A stretch of DNA of 64,000 bases from Amoebophrya sp. A120. Taxonomy: Eukaryota > Protista > Dinoflagellata. Location of the stretch: NCBI GenBank assembly GCA_905178155.1, contig CAJINV010000004.1, positions 7,471,768 to 7,535,767 on the forward strand, in the 5' to 3' direction. Below the pieces are notes generated by a model. That model saw only the letters and a list, made by a program, of their open reading frames with translations, did no database searches and was not told the origin of the DNA. The translations under genes and the position numbers were made by a program. Below, in pieces: positions 48,752-61,268 of this stretch; positions within the stretch are counted from its first letter, which is position 1, and each line of letters starts with the position of its first letter.

Positions 48752-50060
48752 TTACCAATTTTGACAAAATACTTGCGACGGGACATCGGTGTGGTCGTCT
48801 TCGAGGTGGTCGCCGTTGGTCGCCTGGGTGAAGTAGGATGAACTCGACAAGGCCCTGCTGCCCATGGTCCGGGGATCCCGCATGTATTCTGCCTCTGCTG
48901 CCGAGGGATCAATCTTGGGATCATTCTTGTTCCTGACGTATTGCCACGGTTCGGGAGCTGGACGGGGACGGGACGCCTCTCCTTTGGGGTTCACAGGAAT
49001 AGTTCCATAGGGATCAGTGGGCAGGACCTTGGTATACCCGCGCTGCTCGGGAGCCTCAACGCTGTAAGTATATAAGTATTTCTTTTTCTTTTCCTGTGCT
49101 GCCGCGTCCGCGTCGATCTCAAAATTATTACTCTGTGAGGCTGTAATGGACATATCGATCTAGCAGGATAATGAAGTGGTGGCGTTTTATCAAAGCAATA
49201 GCAGTGTCTACACGTACACAAAATACGAACCCCTGATTAACCGTAGCACATAGCCTCGCAATAGTCAAGTATTGACATTGAGACCAACCCAACAGAATAG
49301 CTTAATTTACCTAACTTCAGCAGTATTATCTGCAAGGCCGCCTATGCAAGAGCCAAATAACCGAGAAAGCGGCTTCATCTTCTCTGTGAAGCTCGAAAGA
49401 ACCGGGTCGACGCTACTCGGAGTCGCGGCACCGCTGGGGGTCATAGAAGCTCCACCACTGCCGCCGATTCCCGGAAACTTTTCGCAGAACGCCTTCGCCT
49501 CGAGCCTGGACACGCGACCATCTCCATTTCCGTCCACCCTCGTTCCCGCAATCGCTTCCAGTTGTGCTACGATGGCGTTTTTCTGCTTCGTCGCAGTGTC
49601 GAGGACGTGGTTCGTCTGGGCCAGCAAACCGAAGAGCCTGGGGTTTTAACGTCCGTCTGTTCCTACGATCACCATCTACATTGTTGACTAGTCGAAGTAG
49701 AAGAGTAGAAGTGACCAACAACTGCTGTTGAACTTCTCCTACTACCTGCGTGCCTTTGCAGAGTAAGTGACATGACATCGTGAATCACGATCGTGATACT
49801 GAGAGGGACACGACAACACATCAGCTGCAGCTACAGATAGGTGTAGTTCTAATGAATCAAAAAATTCTACGTACACCAAATTAATACATTTTGACGTGAT
49901 CTTCCGGAATCAACTCCCCTGGGACCACGCAAACGTTGAAGACCACCACAAACCAAAACAAAACAAACATCCCCACGGACTACGACACCGGAGAGCAGGG
50001 AGAAGAATGGTTGCGGTGCCAGCGGTCCCAGCGGCGGAGACTGTAGCCCTTGCCCTTCAT
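48752..50060 (-). CDS. EF-hand-containing, probably secreted protein, tandem paralog 1 (exon structure uncertain, possibly decayed)
   Basis: DGNGDGRVSRLE EF loop; C-terminal TNGDHL..HTDV.SQVFC shared with paralog 2; GT-AG introns likely. Confidence 0.45.
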
Positions 50061-51802
50061 CAGTGGCCCCCGAAGATGGATTTTATTTTCATCCACCCCC
50101 ATTTTTTTATTTCGACAGGAGTTCTGCTTCTTTTGACAACGAACTGTACTTGCCCCTGCTCAACTACCGGTCGAAAAAAAAAAACTGCGAGAAAAAAATT
50201 TCGAACGAGCATATACGATTCTAGAGACTTTATCCTTTTGATTTATTGATTTTGAATCATTTCAAGTATCCTGCGGCTGCGCTCATCTCTATGGGGGGAA
50301 ATCACAACTATCAAACGATGATGCCGAACCCAATGGCTAGTGCTAGATACTGGCTCAATAACTTTCAAAAACGATTTTAAAATGTTCGACGAGAACGATG
50401 AATTCTTCCCAACGACGAGATGAAATAATTCTTGCCCACTTCTAGTAAGATGCTGTACAATACTACTTGTACTTTGCGTTTCTCTCAACGAAAGCGTACT
50501 TAACAAGGAAGATCAACGACAACGACTTTCTCGCAGGAACTGAATTCGACTTGATATTTCTCACGGAGACGACGACAATGCCCCAGACGTTAACAAAGGA
50601 AGTCTTAATCAGTCGCGTCCCTGAGAATCTTCACAAGGAAACCGGTAAGTAACAGGAAGATAAAGATATACTACACTTGTAATGATGATCTACCTAAAGC
50701 TCATTGTACGAAGAGCTCCCCGAACCCCAACGCTAACCGATGACAGCAGAACCATAAAGCCACATGCAGATCGAGCCTTCCATTGAGATAGCATTGGAGT
50801 AGATGGTAGACGACTGCAGATGGTGGCGCCAGTACATACTCTGCAGACACATTCTCATAATTCTGATTTATCTTCATCTTTTAACCAACAATGTGATCGA
50901 ACAATCGTTCGTTATTCCTCCTGTGTCCGCACGGTCGCGAAATAACTACTGTGCTTTTTTTTTCCAAAATTTGCATCAGCGCATATAGATATATTTCGTT
51001 ATTTCGAAGTTTCGGCTGATTCAATATTTGCGAATGTACATTGCAGTTACCACGATTTCCATACAAGTTCGGCTTGGACTATCACTGGAGTACGACAAAG
51101 TTGTACATAGGTTTGATACATATTGACTCGCAAAGTTTTCTTGGCGCTTTCACCTCCAGGTGACAAGCAGGTACTGGTCATGATATTATTACAGCAGTCG
51201 CGTTCTTTTTGTTTCTTTACAAATACATTTTGATTTATTTTCATTCATCGTTTGTACGTTTTAATGTTCTCGAAATCGAAAGGCAAAGGTGGTTTCGTTT
51301 TGTTCACTGGGGAGGAAGTAGAAGATAGAGAAGAGAAACAGCAGCTGGATCCATCCCCGCACGTACTACAAGGGATTCGACGGAGAAACGGCATCACGAA
51401 GACGACCTGTCTTCGTATAAGGCAGTTGCATTCGCTTTTGGTTCTAGCAGAGTAAACCACAACCATCTTCTACATCTTGCAACAAAAACAAATACGTTTG
51501 TTTCGCATGATGTGCACGAGAAAAAATATCAATTTATGTATAGTCTACTCTATATACCGTCGATGATGGGCGGCGGATTTGTAGCTTGGCTGTTTCCATC
51601 AATCATTGAACCCTGTAGCACGAGCGAAAAGATGAGTCAAATTCTTAGCGTGTCGCCTCAGTCGAGCTCCTCGTCGTGGTATCCTAGGTAAAACCGGAAC
51701 CGCCATCACCGATTACATCAAGGTCTAGTGCGTGAAATAAGAAATGCAAGCATTTTAGCTACATAGAAGAAGTCTCTAACTTGTCATCTCTGCATCTGCA
51801 CA

Positions 51803-54643
51803 TCAATACGCATGAGAAATTATCGGTGGTGGCTGTGATGTTTCACAAAATACTTGCGAGGCGACATCGGTGTGCTCGTGCTTGTCGAGATGGTCACCGT
51901 TTGTCGTCTGGATGAAGGATGCACTTGAGTGGAAACTACCCCACTGACGGTCCTGCTTGCGCTGAGCGATGAGCGTCCGGTCCTTGCTGTCCAGCTGCCT
52001 TCTCCACGTTGCCTGTTGTGAACCATTTATGAAGATTGCGATTGTGTCTGTGATATCAACTGCAAAAATGTCTGGGTCTGGATGATTTCGGGATTTGTCA
52101 TGCACGTTTTGCATGAGCCATGATGTCTGCGACGCATGCCGTAACATCACAGATTTTTTGAGGGGTTCTTGATGCCTCTTCCGCATGAAAAATGCCCTCT
52201 CCGCGTAGCAAAAATCACATTCCCTTTGCTGCTCCTGCTGCAATACAATTTTTTTTAGAATCCGATGACAGCATCACACGTTGCAACCTTCCAGACCCAG
52301 ACATATTTGCATTTGATATGTGACACGCTGAGAAAATACTGTATTGGTATTGGCATTCACGCTACGATTTCCGGATCTACGTGCAATCCGCTTGGAGCCT
52401 TCTGCGCTGGCCTAAGGCCTTCGTTCTTTTGGTTTTACCGCACGCCATCGGATGGCTTTCGTTCCTGTTGAGCACTTCCAATTCCTGATGGCTCGTGCTC
52501 AACAAAACATGTTTCTGCATTTATCTAGACCGTCTTTGGCACATCGAAATCAAAACCACACACAGCATCAAAGACAAAGACTTACTGCATGGGGCGGCAC
52601 GAGCCAGGGGCGACTGGCGGGACCGTCTGCGAGAGGCTGAATAGGGGCTACGCGTGGTGGTTGCCGTCTGTTGATGCCCCGAGCCGCCTGCAATCGCCTG
52701 TAATGCGGGTTGGGTTGAGCTTGATTTTCCGGGATGCGGGGGTTTGACGCGCTTGACTTTCATATAGTAGATTCTCGAAACTAAACTGGGCAAACGAAAA
52801 AGAATCTACTAGCAAGGCAGCCGCGGGCCCGAACACCACCCACAGGCCGATGGTGCTCGTTCGGCGGAAATTTTCCGCCTAACGAGCACCATCGAAGGAC
52901 TTAAATGTAAATCTCAATGCGCATCAAAATGTTCCGGCTGAACGCAGTCCAGCCATGGCGTAGTAAAGCTTCATCGCGCTTCATCATCCCAAAGCATCGC
53001 GCAATCCCCTTGCTAGAGTCTCCGGGATACTGTTTCCCTAGTTTTTAAAGTTGTGCAACAACTCTACCCCTTTCCGCCGGCGGAAAGGGGGGGAGGGGGT
53101 ACCACCCACCTGCCCGGGATTTTCGGTCGGCACGAAAAAAACGAACTGGGGCCGCCTCTACGGAAAGGGGGGGAAGGGGGGGCGCCACCCACCTAAACGG
53201 TGTCGGTCCCCCTTTCCGCCGCCGGAAAGGCAAAGGGGTAGGGTTGTTGCACAGCTTAAAATTATAGTTTCCCGTGGTCTCTGTGGATCTTCTTCTTCAG
53301 GTTATATCTAATCTACCTATTCGCTACATCGAATGTGAGGCGCATTATTATTTTGTGTCAATACTAATACAGGAACCCAGATCTTCATGCAGCGGCTAGC
53401 CCTGTTGGGCATCAACTTCTGCACCCTAGGTCGGATTATCGCTCCTAAAAACCGTGGGGCCTGGAGGTGCGCCATTTCACACCTTTGCATCCATTTCTCA
53501 TGTGTCCTTGGACCTAACTACCAAGCATCCCATTCATGTTCGACCTGATCCTGAAGCACAGCCTGCATTTTTGGTACATTTACGTGAAAAAGGTGGCGAT
53601 ACTCGACATCAATCCTTTTTTGTGGCGGCCGAAACACCTCTGGCTCGGATTCCGGACTGCTCACCTCTAGTTCATTCGAGGACTGCTCCTTGGCATCGGT
53701 TGCGGATGCGGACGGCGACGGCCAGCAAGAACACGAATTATACGACGATCGGACGTAGTTCGCGCAGTCTGCAAACGAATAGCCTTTCTGGATGAAACTC
53801 GAAGATCCCGTGTAGTCCTCGACAGCAATCGGGACGCCGCCGCCAGGCTGGTGCCCCGGTACTTCTCCGCCTTGCTATGCATTGCAAAAGTCAAAGTATC
53901 GCACTTCTATTGTGGATTGCATTTACAAATTTTCCGAGGAACAAAAATGCATTTGCCATGCTGTTTTATGTACAAACTTGCAAGTATACAAGTGCGTTAC
54001 TTTATTTGCAGAGGATACTTGCGCTCCACCCGCAGCTGCAACGCCGGGACCTCCCGAAAACTTGTCGCAGAACGCCTTCGCCTCAAGCCGAGACACGCGA
54101 CCATCTCCATTTCCGTCCACCCTCGCTCCCGCAATCGCTTCCAGTTGTGCTACGATGGCGTTTTTCTGCTTCGTCGCAGTGTCGAGGACGTGGTTCGTCT
54201 GGGCCAGCAAACCGAAGAGCCTGGGGTTTTAACGTCCGTCTGTTCCTACGATCACCATCTACACTGTTGACTAGTCGAAGTAGAAGAGTAGAAGTGACCA
54301 ACAACTGCTGTTGAACTTCTCCTACTACCTGCGTGCCTTTGCAGAGTAAGTGACATGACATCGTGAATCACGATCGTGATACTGAGAGGGACACGACAAC
54401 ACATCAGCTGCAGCTACAGATAGGTGTAGTTCTAATGAATCAAAAAATTCTACGTACACCAAATTAATACATTTTGACGTGATCTTCCGGAATCAACTCC
54501 CCTGGGACCACGCAAACGTTGAGGACGACCACAAACCAAAATAGCACAGACATCCCCACGGACCACGACACCGGAGAGGGAGAAGAAGAATGGTGGCGCT
54601 GCCAGCGGTCCCAGCGGCGAAGGCTGTAGCCCTTGCCCTTCAT
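51803..54643 (-). CDS. EF-hand-containing, probably secreted protein, tandem paralog 2, with 2 introners and canonical introns
   Basis: Same EF loop; 54050-54530 nearly identical to 49480-49950; hydrophobic N-terminal segment; boundaries uncertain. Confidence 0.5.
52054..52318. mobile_element. Introner, family B
   Basis: TIR; DR TGTGA. Confidence 0.9.
53049..53256. mobile_element. GC-rich MITE unrelated to the introners
   Basis: TIR AGTTGTGCAACAACTCTACCCC / GGGGTAGGGTTGTTGCACAGCT; TTAA-like flanks; internal palindrome CCCCTTTCCGCCGGCGGAAAGGGG. Confidence 0.75.
53876..54017. mobile_element. Introner, family A (diverged)
   Basis: TIR; DR CTTGC. Confidence 0.85.
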
Positions 54644-55628
54644 TAGTTGCCCCCGCTGGATTTTAGTTTCATCCGCCCCCATTTTGATTTTTTATTTCGA
54701 ACAATAGTTCTACTTCTTTTGACAACTGTACTTGCCCCTGCTCAACTACCAGTCGAAAAAAACAACGAGAAAATTAAATGGAACGAGCAACACGATCTAG
54801 TCACTTATTTTGTTGATTTTGAATTATATGTACCATTCTAAGTATCTTGCGGCTGCGCTAATCTCCTCTATGGGAGGAAATCACAACTAACGTGCGACGA
54901 TGAAGAACCCAATGGCTAGTGCTACATGCTGGCTCAATAACTTTCTAAAACGACTTTGAAATGTTCGACGAGAACGATGAATCCTTCCCAACGACGAGAT
55001 GAAATTCTTGCCCACTTCTAGTAAGATGCTGTAGAATACTACGTTCGCGTTTCTCTCAACGAAAGCGTAACGAGGAAGATCAACGACTTGCTTGCAGGAA
55101 CTCAATTCGGCTTGAAATTTGATCTCACGGAGACGACGACAGTGAGCCAGAAGTTGACAAAGGAAATCTTTACCAGTGCGTCCTGAAGCTTCTTGTACGA
55201 AGAGTTCCCCCAGCCCTATCGCAGACCGACGACAGCAGAACCATGCTGGAGCCACGTGCAGATCGAGCCTTCCATTGAGAAAGCGTTGAAGTAAATGGTG
55301 AACGACTACAGATGGTGGTCGTGCCAGCACAAAATGCAAAGGGAAACAGGTCAAGATTTGGCCGTGGCGCCACGGCAGCTCGTCTGTACAATACTCTGCA
55401 GACCGAAAATCTTTCATTCTGATTCATCTTCGAACCAACAAGAATGCGTGAGCATGTTCGAACAATCGGTCGTTATTCCTCCTGTGTTCCCCTTCCCCGA
55501 ATGGTCGCGAAATAAGTATAGTATTTCCTCGCGACTAGAACATCGTTCTTACCGTGGCAAGAACATTGCTCGCACGCCAGTTTCACGGAGGACCTCAGCT
55601 TTCCCTTCCTCCATCCTCGCAGTTTCAT

Positions 55629-58600
55629 CTAGCACCCGTACCTGTGGTTATCCAAAATCATGATCGGCACCGCCTGCTCGTGGTAGAAGCCGAGTGGTTC
55701 CCACACCAGCCCAACCAACGCGGCCACTTCCTGCAGGGCCATGAACTCGCCATCTAAAATCTAGTATGACAGTGCATAACTCCCCCTCGTTCTCATTTCT
55801 CATGCAAAAGACTCAACTTACCCTTTCCCTCCTGTCACTATTATGCATGACAAGTTCTGGTAGCCCAAATAGCACTAGACTCCAGCGCAAATGTGTCATG
55901 CAAAACCCGCTGCATTCTTGCCGACGCTTGTGATGCTGCTCATGCAATACAAATGAGGGGGACGAGGGGGAGTTGTGCACTCTCATATCCAGCCGTCATA
56001 GTTGATCAACTCGTCAAACACCAGCACCTATGGGTTGCAAATATGTCTGGGTCTGGAAGATTGCAACTTGTCATGCTAAATGTGAATCATGCAAAAATCT
56101 GTGTTGCATGAGTGCCAAAAGCTGCCCACTTTCGGCCAAGTTGGGAGGGGATTTCTCATGCAGTATAGGCATGAAAGAAACCTCATAGAGTTTGTCATGG
56201 TAGCTCCCGCATTCCAGACCTCATGGGTCATGGAAATCCTGCATGACAGATCTGGCATCCTTGCAGACCCAGACATTTTTGCATTTGATAGCACCGTGCC
56301 CCGCTCCAGCCGGCAGGCGAAATGCAGCAGCACCTCCCGGGCCGCGGGGTAAATATCCATGTCCATGTGTAGGAAGGCGACGCGGGTTAGGTGATCCAAA
56401 TCGGTTTTCGTTTCGTTGAACCAGCCCTTGTGGACTTGGATGTTGGGCATGTTGGTCACGATTTCCGGCACTTTGCCCTCCATGGTAAAGGTCCCGCCCT
56501 CCAGGTTGTTCCACTTCTCCGGGATGCCAACGAACGAATCGAAACCGTGTAAGGTGACGCGGGAACCGTATCTGAAGGTGGAAAAATTCGTTTTTGACAC
56601 ATACTGACAGCCAGGCATGGCACAAGCACAACATTAGGTATTCATATTTGCATTCACATTCTATCTTGCTTGCATGAGAAAAAAATCGCACAAATTTGCA
56701 ATAGATACGTTTTCTTCAGCGCGGTTGCAATGTAGGCAGTCGACTTTCCGCTCGCCACGCCAAACTCGGCCCAGACCGTCCCCTCCGCGTCCGCGTTTTC
56801 GATTCCCGCTTGTACGGCGTACTGCAGACTTTCGCTCATCATGGCCATCCACGACTCTCGTGCGGTTAAGTTTGCGGTCCACAGCGCCGCGGGCTCGTCA
56901 ATGTTTGCAATGTTGAATTCTAGTCTGTCCAGCGGCTCCCCTAAGAGCTGTTGCTGGTGTTGCGGTGGTGATTCTTGTTGCGCGCCTGGTACTGCTTCCT
57001 CTTGTAAGAGTTCTGCGTTAGTGCTGCTCGCCAGCTGATCCTGCGGCGCGCTCGCAGCAGCCGCCATGTACTGCAGCAAAACCTTCGCGTGCTCCTCATC
57101 CATGGTCTTAAACAGCCGCGCTCGGTTGCGCGGCCGGTCGGAATAGCCGTTGAGCGCTGGTGTGGCCTCCCACACGTCCGGAAAGTTCACTTCCAGCGGG
57201 GTCGGCTCACCACTCGACGTCGGCAACAGCAGCGCTTCCACCTATGACTTGCAAAAGTATCGCACTCGTATAAATGCATTACAAATTTCCTCAGCATGAG
57301 AAATAAAATTTGTAATGCGGATTTACCTTAAGAAAAAGATTTGTAATGCATGACTGCAATACGAGTACGATACTTTTGCACAGGATACCACCCGGTAGTT
57401 CGCGACGACCGGTGCGGGGACCCAGAGCACGGGTAAGTGGGTGGAAACGTCTTATCGAATGCCAAAATGTCTGGGTCTGAAAGAGTGCTCGGTCTGTCAT
57501 GCAGGTTTTCCAGGACCCACGCGGTCTGGCATGCACGGCCTAGCATGACAGGTTCTGTGAGATCTCTATCATGCCGTCCCTGCATGAGAAATTGCCTCTT
57601 TTGGTAATCATGCAACACAAATTTTTCCACGATCCAGATGTAGCATGACAAGTTACACTCTTCCAGACCCAGACATATTTGCGATGCATACGTCCTCCGT
57701 TTTCACCAAATCAATCCCCTGCAGACACATCTCGGCCTGGAAATCGTAGCCGATGCAGCTGGACCCGAGTTCGTCTTTCAATAGGCCATATTACAATGAA
57801 AAATGCTCCCACCCCCGAACTCGGGGGCATTTGTATTGCAAACCTTTCCAAGTGAGACATTCGCGCTCTTGCATCTATCAACACCACAGATTTCCGATTG
57901 TGAATAGCAAAAATCTGTATTGCAAAAGACCCCAGCAAGAGCGGCACTTGTCATGCAAGCGATGCGACGCACGCGTAGGCTCTGCATGTGCATCAGAAAG
58001 ATAAGATTCATACTCCTTTCGTGCATGATGACAAAACGTTTTCATTTGGAAACTTCGCATCACAAATTTTTCCAACTTTGGGGGTGGGGGCATTTTTCCT
58101 TTCGATAGGCCCACCGCGTTGAAGACGCTGGCCATCCGCAGCGGGTTGTGCCGCGCGGGGGATATGCATTGCAAAAGTATCGTACTAGTATAAATTGCAA
58201 TACAAATCGGCTCTGCGTATACAAATTAAATTTGTAATGCGGATTTCCCTTAGCACGTAGATTTGTAATGCATAAACTGCAATTAGTACGAGTGCGATAC
58301 TTTTGCACTGGATAGGGGACTCGTTCTGCTGAAACCAATCCTCGACGGATTTTTCCGGGTATGGATTGCAAAAATGTCTGGGTCTGGAAGATTGCAACTT
58401 GTAATGCTGTTTTTGGATTCCAAAAAAATCTGTAGTGCATGACCAGCAACAGGACTCCACGTTGTGTTACGTAGAGAGGGCATTTCTCATGCGGAGCAGG
58501 CATTAGGGAGCCCGCTAAAAATCTGTGTTGCTAGATCATGCATTACAGGCATCAGGCGTCATGCGAAAAATGCATGACAAACCTGGCAATCTTCCAGACC

Positions 58601-59848
58601 CAGACATTTTTGCATTTGATACCGGGCTGCAGTAGCTGATCGAGTAGGTCGCCACGAGGTAGGTTTCGTTCAGAAACTATCCTGATTAAAAACGTACCAA
58701 CACCAGAGTCAAGATGGGGATTTTGCAACACAAACCTAGGAGTTTTGGGAGTCACGCATGACAAGTTTCAGTCTGTAAGGTAGTGCAAGTTAGCAAGGAA
58801 AGCCGCATCACAAATCGATCTGCTGATCCTGTTTACAGCATTACAAGTTCCCAAACACGATTGAAAATGCCTGTCATGGGGTTGCGCATCACAAATGTTC
58901 CTGTCATGGCAAATCTGCATGACAACTCTGGTGTGGGTACGTTTTTACTCAGGATAGAAACGGAGCGACTAACGGGATCATCCGTTCTCGGGAGGTAGTC
59001 GCTTTATTCATCGCACCGGTGTTGCCGCCGTCAAGAAGTGCTAGTTTATCCCCACCTCCTGCCGCGGTGACCGCGTCTGCGTTCGCTGGGCCGATGGGGT
59101 GTGTCGCAACGAAGGGCTGGGGATGCTTGTAGGGAAAATCGCGATTCTCCGTGTAGTAAAGCGGGTCGAACTGGAAGCGAAACCGCTGGTGCTGGCCGTA
59201 TTTAGGCAGCTCCTGCTTCGCTTTCGCGGCTGTCATCGACGCCATCAAGGCTTCTTCTTGTCCGGGTAAAACCACCTGCTGCTCAGCCTGAACTCCTGCA
59301 GGACCAAGGTTCAATGTTTCCGTGATGTTTAGACACAGGAGAAGCTTCAGAACCGAAAGAGCAGATGAATTGGAATTCTTCCCTCCTCGTCGTGGCAATA
59401 TAGCGGGGCCGTGCTGGTGCGGCCTTTTCCGTAGGAGATTTTTGGCGTTGTCTGTGACTGGGCTGGGTGGATTTCTCAATATCGATGAACCCGACATTGA
59501 TGGACCACCATCAGACGTTGATGGTGGTCCACCTCCCGGTCGTGTGTAGAGGTAGTAGTTGCGACTATGTCCATAATCGCTCGGTCCTGTAGTACGTCTC
59601 TTTGTTCCCGCGTCAACATGTGTTGATCCATCCTGGTCTTCACCGATTCCCGACGAGGAACTTGATGCCTTTGAAGGACATCTGGTTGATATTTCCGCAG
59701 AGGATTTCGACAAAGTTCGCTTCCCTCCGCCTGAGCCTGGTGGAAGTAAATACGCACCTTCCCCTTCCGCGCACGGAAAAACACACACCGTTGACGGCGA
59801 CCACGCCGTCGCCAGTGGTTCCGGCTCGTCTAACCAAGCGACCGACAT
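55629..59848 (-). CDS. Class I SAM-dependent methyltransferase (TylF/Methyltransf_24-like) with long N-terminal extension; 8 introners + 1 GT-AG intron
   Basis: EFGVASGKS, HGFDSFVGIPEKW, KGWFNET, AFLHMDMDIY, VFDELINYDGW..GEF. Confidence 0.85.
55765..55987. mobile_element. Introner, family F
   Basis: TIR; DR TCTAG/TCCAG. Confidence 0.88.
56029..56290. mobile_element. Introner, family B
   Basis: TIR; DR GCACC. Confidence 0.9.
56572..56708 (-). other. GT-AG intron with introner-like remnants
   Basis: GTATCT...TTCAG restores LKKT-YGSRV; TATCT/AGATA ends. Confidence 0.7.
57243..57387. mobile_element. Introner, family A
   Basis: TIR; DR CCACC. Confidence 0.92.
57453..57690. mobile_element. Introner, family B
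   Basis: TIR; DR CGTCT/CGTCC; interior like 21364-21625. Confidence 0.9.
57789..58107. mobile_element. Introner, family H
   Basis: TIR; DR GGCCA/GGCCC. Confidence 0.88.
58163..58314. mobile_element. Introner, family A
   Basis: TIR; DR GGGGA. Confidence 0.9.
58360..58621. mobile_element. Introner, family B
   Basis: TIR; DR CCGGG. Confidence 0.9.
58678..58956. mobile_element. Introner, family D
   Basis: TIR; DR GAAAC. Confidence 0.92.
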
Positions 59849-61268
59849 TATAGATACTTTTATTGGTTCTTGCGCTTCTCGAGGAAGCACGAGCAACTCT
59901 CAGCTGCGATAGAAGCAGTCGTGGAGTCAGAAATGTGTGATCTTCAGGGCATCAACGCAACGACGAGGCACGTTCAACATACGAAAAAATAGACCGTTAC
60001 CGTTTCAAATCGCGGTGCTAGAAAATAAACCGAAAAGCAACCAAAGGAAAGAGTTTCTTTCTTGCACCTGTCTGTGTTTCCGGGCGGTCCAAACGACTGA
60101 GCAAGATCTTCACAGATGAACATTGTCCTGAGTACCGGTGAAAGAGTGTGAAGATCTCGCACCGTAGCCGCACAGATCTGCGTTGCAAAAAAACAACTTA
60201 GACCAACGAATTGGCAATTGCCAGTGCCACAACGGCACAGATTAAGGCGGTGACGTCGGGTTCTTAATCACGTACTAATAGGGTTGCTAATTGCGTAGAC
60301 GTCGGGAGTCCGACAGACTCGAACACAGATGGTTGTCAGGATTTCAATGCTCCTGTATACATTTACGAAAGAATGCTCCTCCGAGCTTCCGCTTCCCATC
60401 AAATTTGGCTTTCCAAAATTAACCTGTGTTGTGAAAGAACCGCATGAAGATCTTGATCCCATATTCATTCCCGAATCTAATCAACCCTGCTTGTTCTCAC
60501 TGCCATTTTGATTTTTGATGACAACAAATCTTCGCGGAACCTAGCAACCTATGTTGACATGTAGATTTCTCTTTCTGAAACGGAAACTATGGTAAGTCTT
60601 AATTTCGATCGTTCTTGTCCACGATGGACAAGAACGGTAATGTTTATGTTGGCGGTTGTAGAAGTTGAACTAGTTGCTGATTAGGATAATTTCTTCGCAG
60701 CTGTTCTACTCGAGAAGTCGAGAAGAGCAAGAGGGTAGACAGTAATATTGGTCTCCATCTAAAATGGTAATACAACTTTGCTTGCACTATCCGGGGTACG
60801 GGAAAAATGAAATTTGTAAAAATTTTAGTGATTCTGAAGAATCCTGATAGAAGGATGGTCGAGTGGTAGATGACGTAAAAGTTAATTTTTGCACAATAAA
60901 CTTTGCCATGCTGAAGTTGGGTAAACTTACTTTGAGAAATTATTTTTATCCGCCTTAATTTTTCACTCTATGAACATATGCTATATGTGTACTGCTTCCC
61001 ATGCGAGAGACTTTACGATATGGATATATCTGTTTTGCAACCTATGGAAACCTCCTCATCTGTGAAATCAGTAAGTACCATCAAAGTTGATATTGTGCTT
61101 CATTCCCGATAGTTACGTAAATATTTCCGTAAACAATTCCACCGTAAGGAGTTTGCAAGCACTTATTGTACATCTTGTACGAAACCATACCTTCATAGAA
61201 GCGAAAACTACATAGTATTTTCTCTTACTCTTCCAGAAAAACTTTATTAAGTACTTCTACACTCTGTT

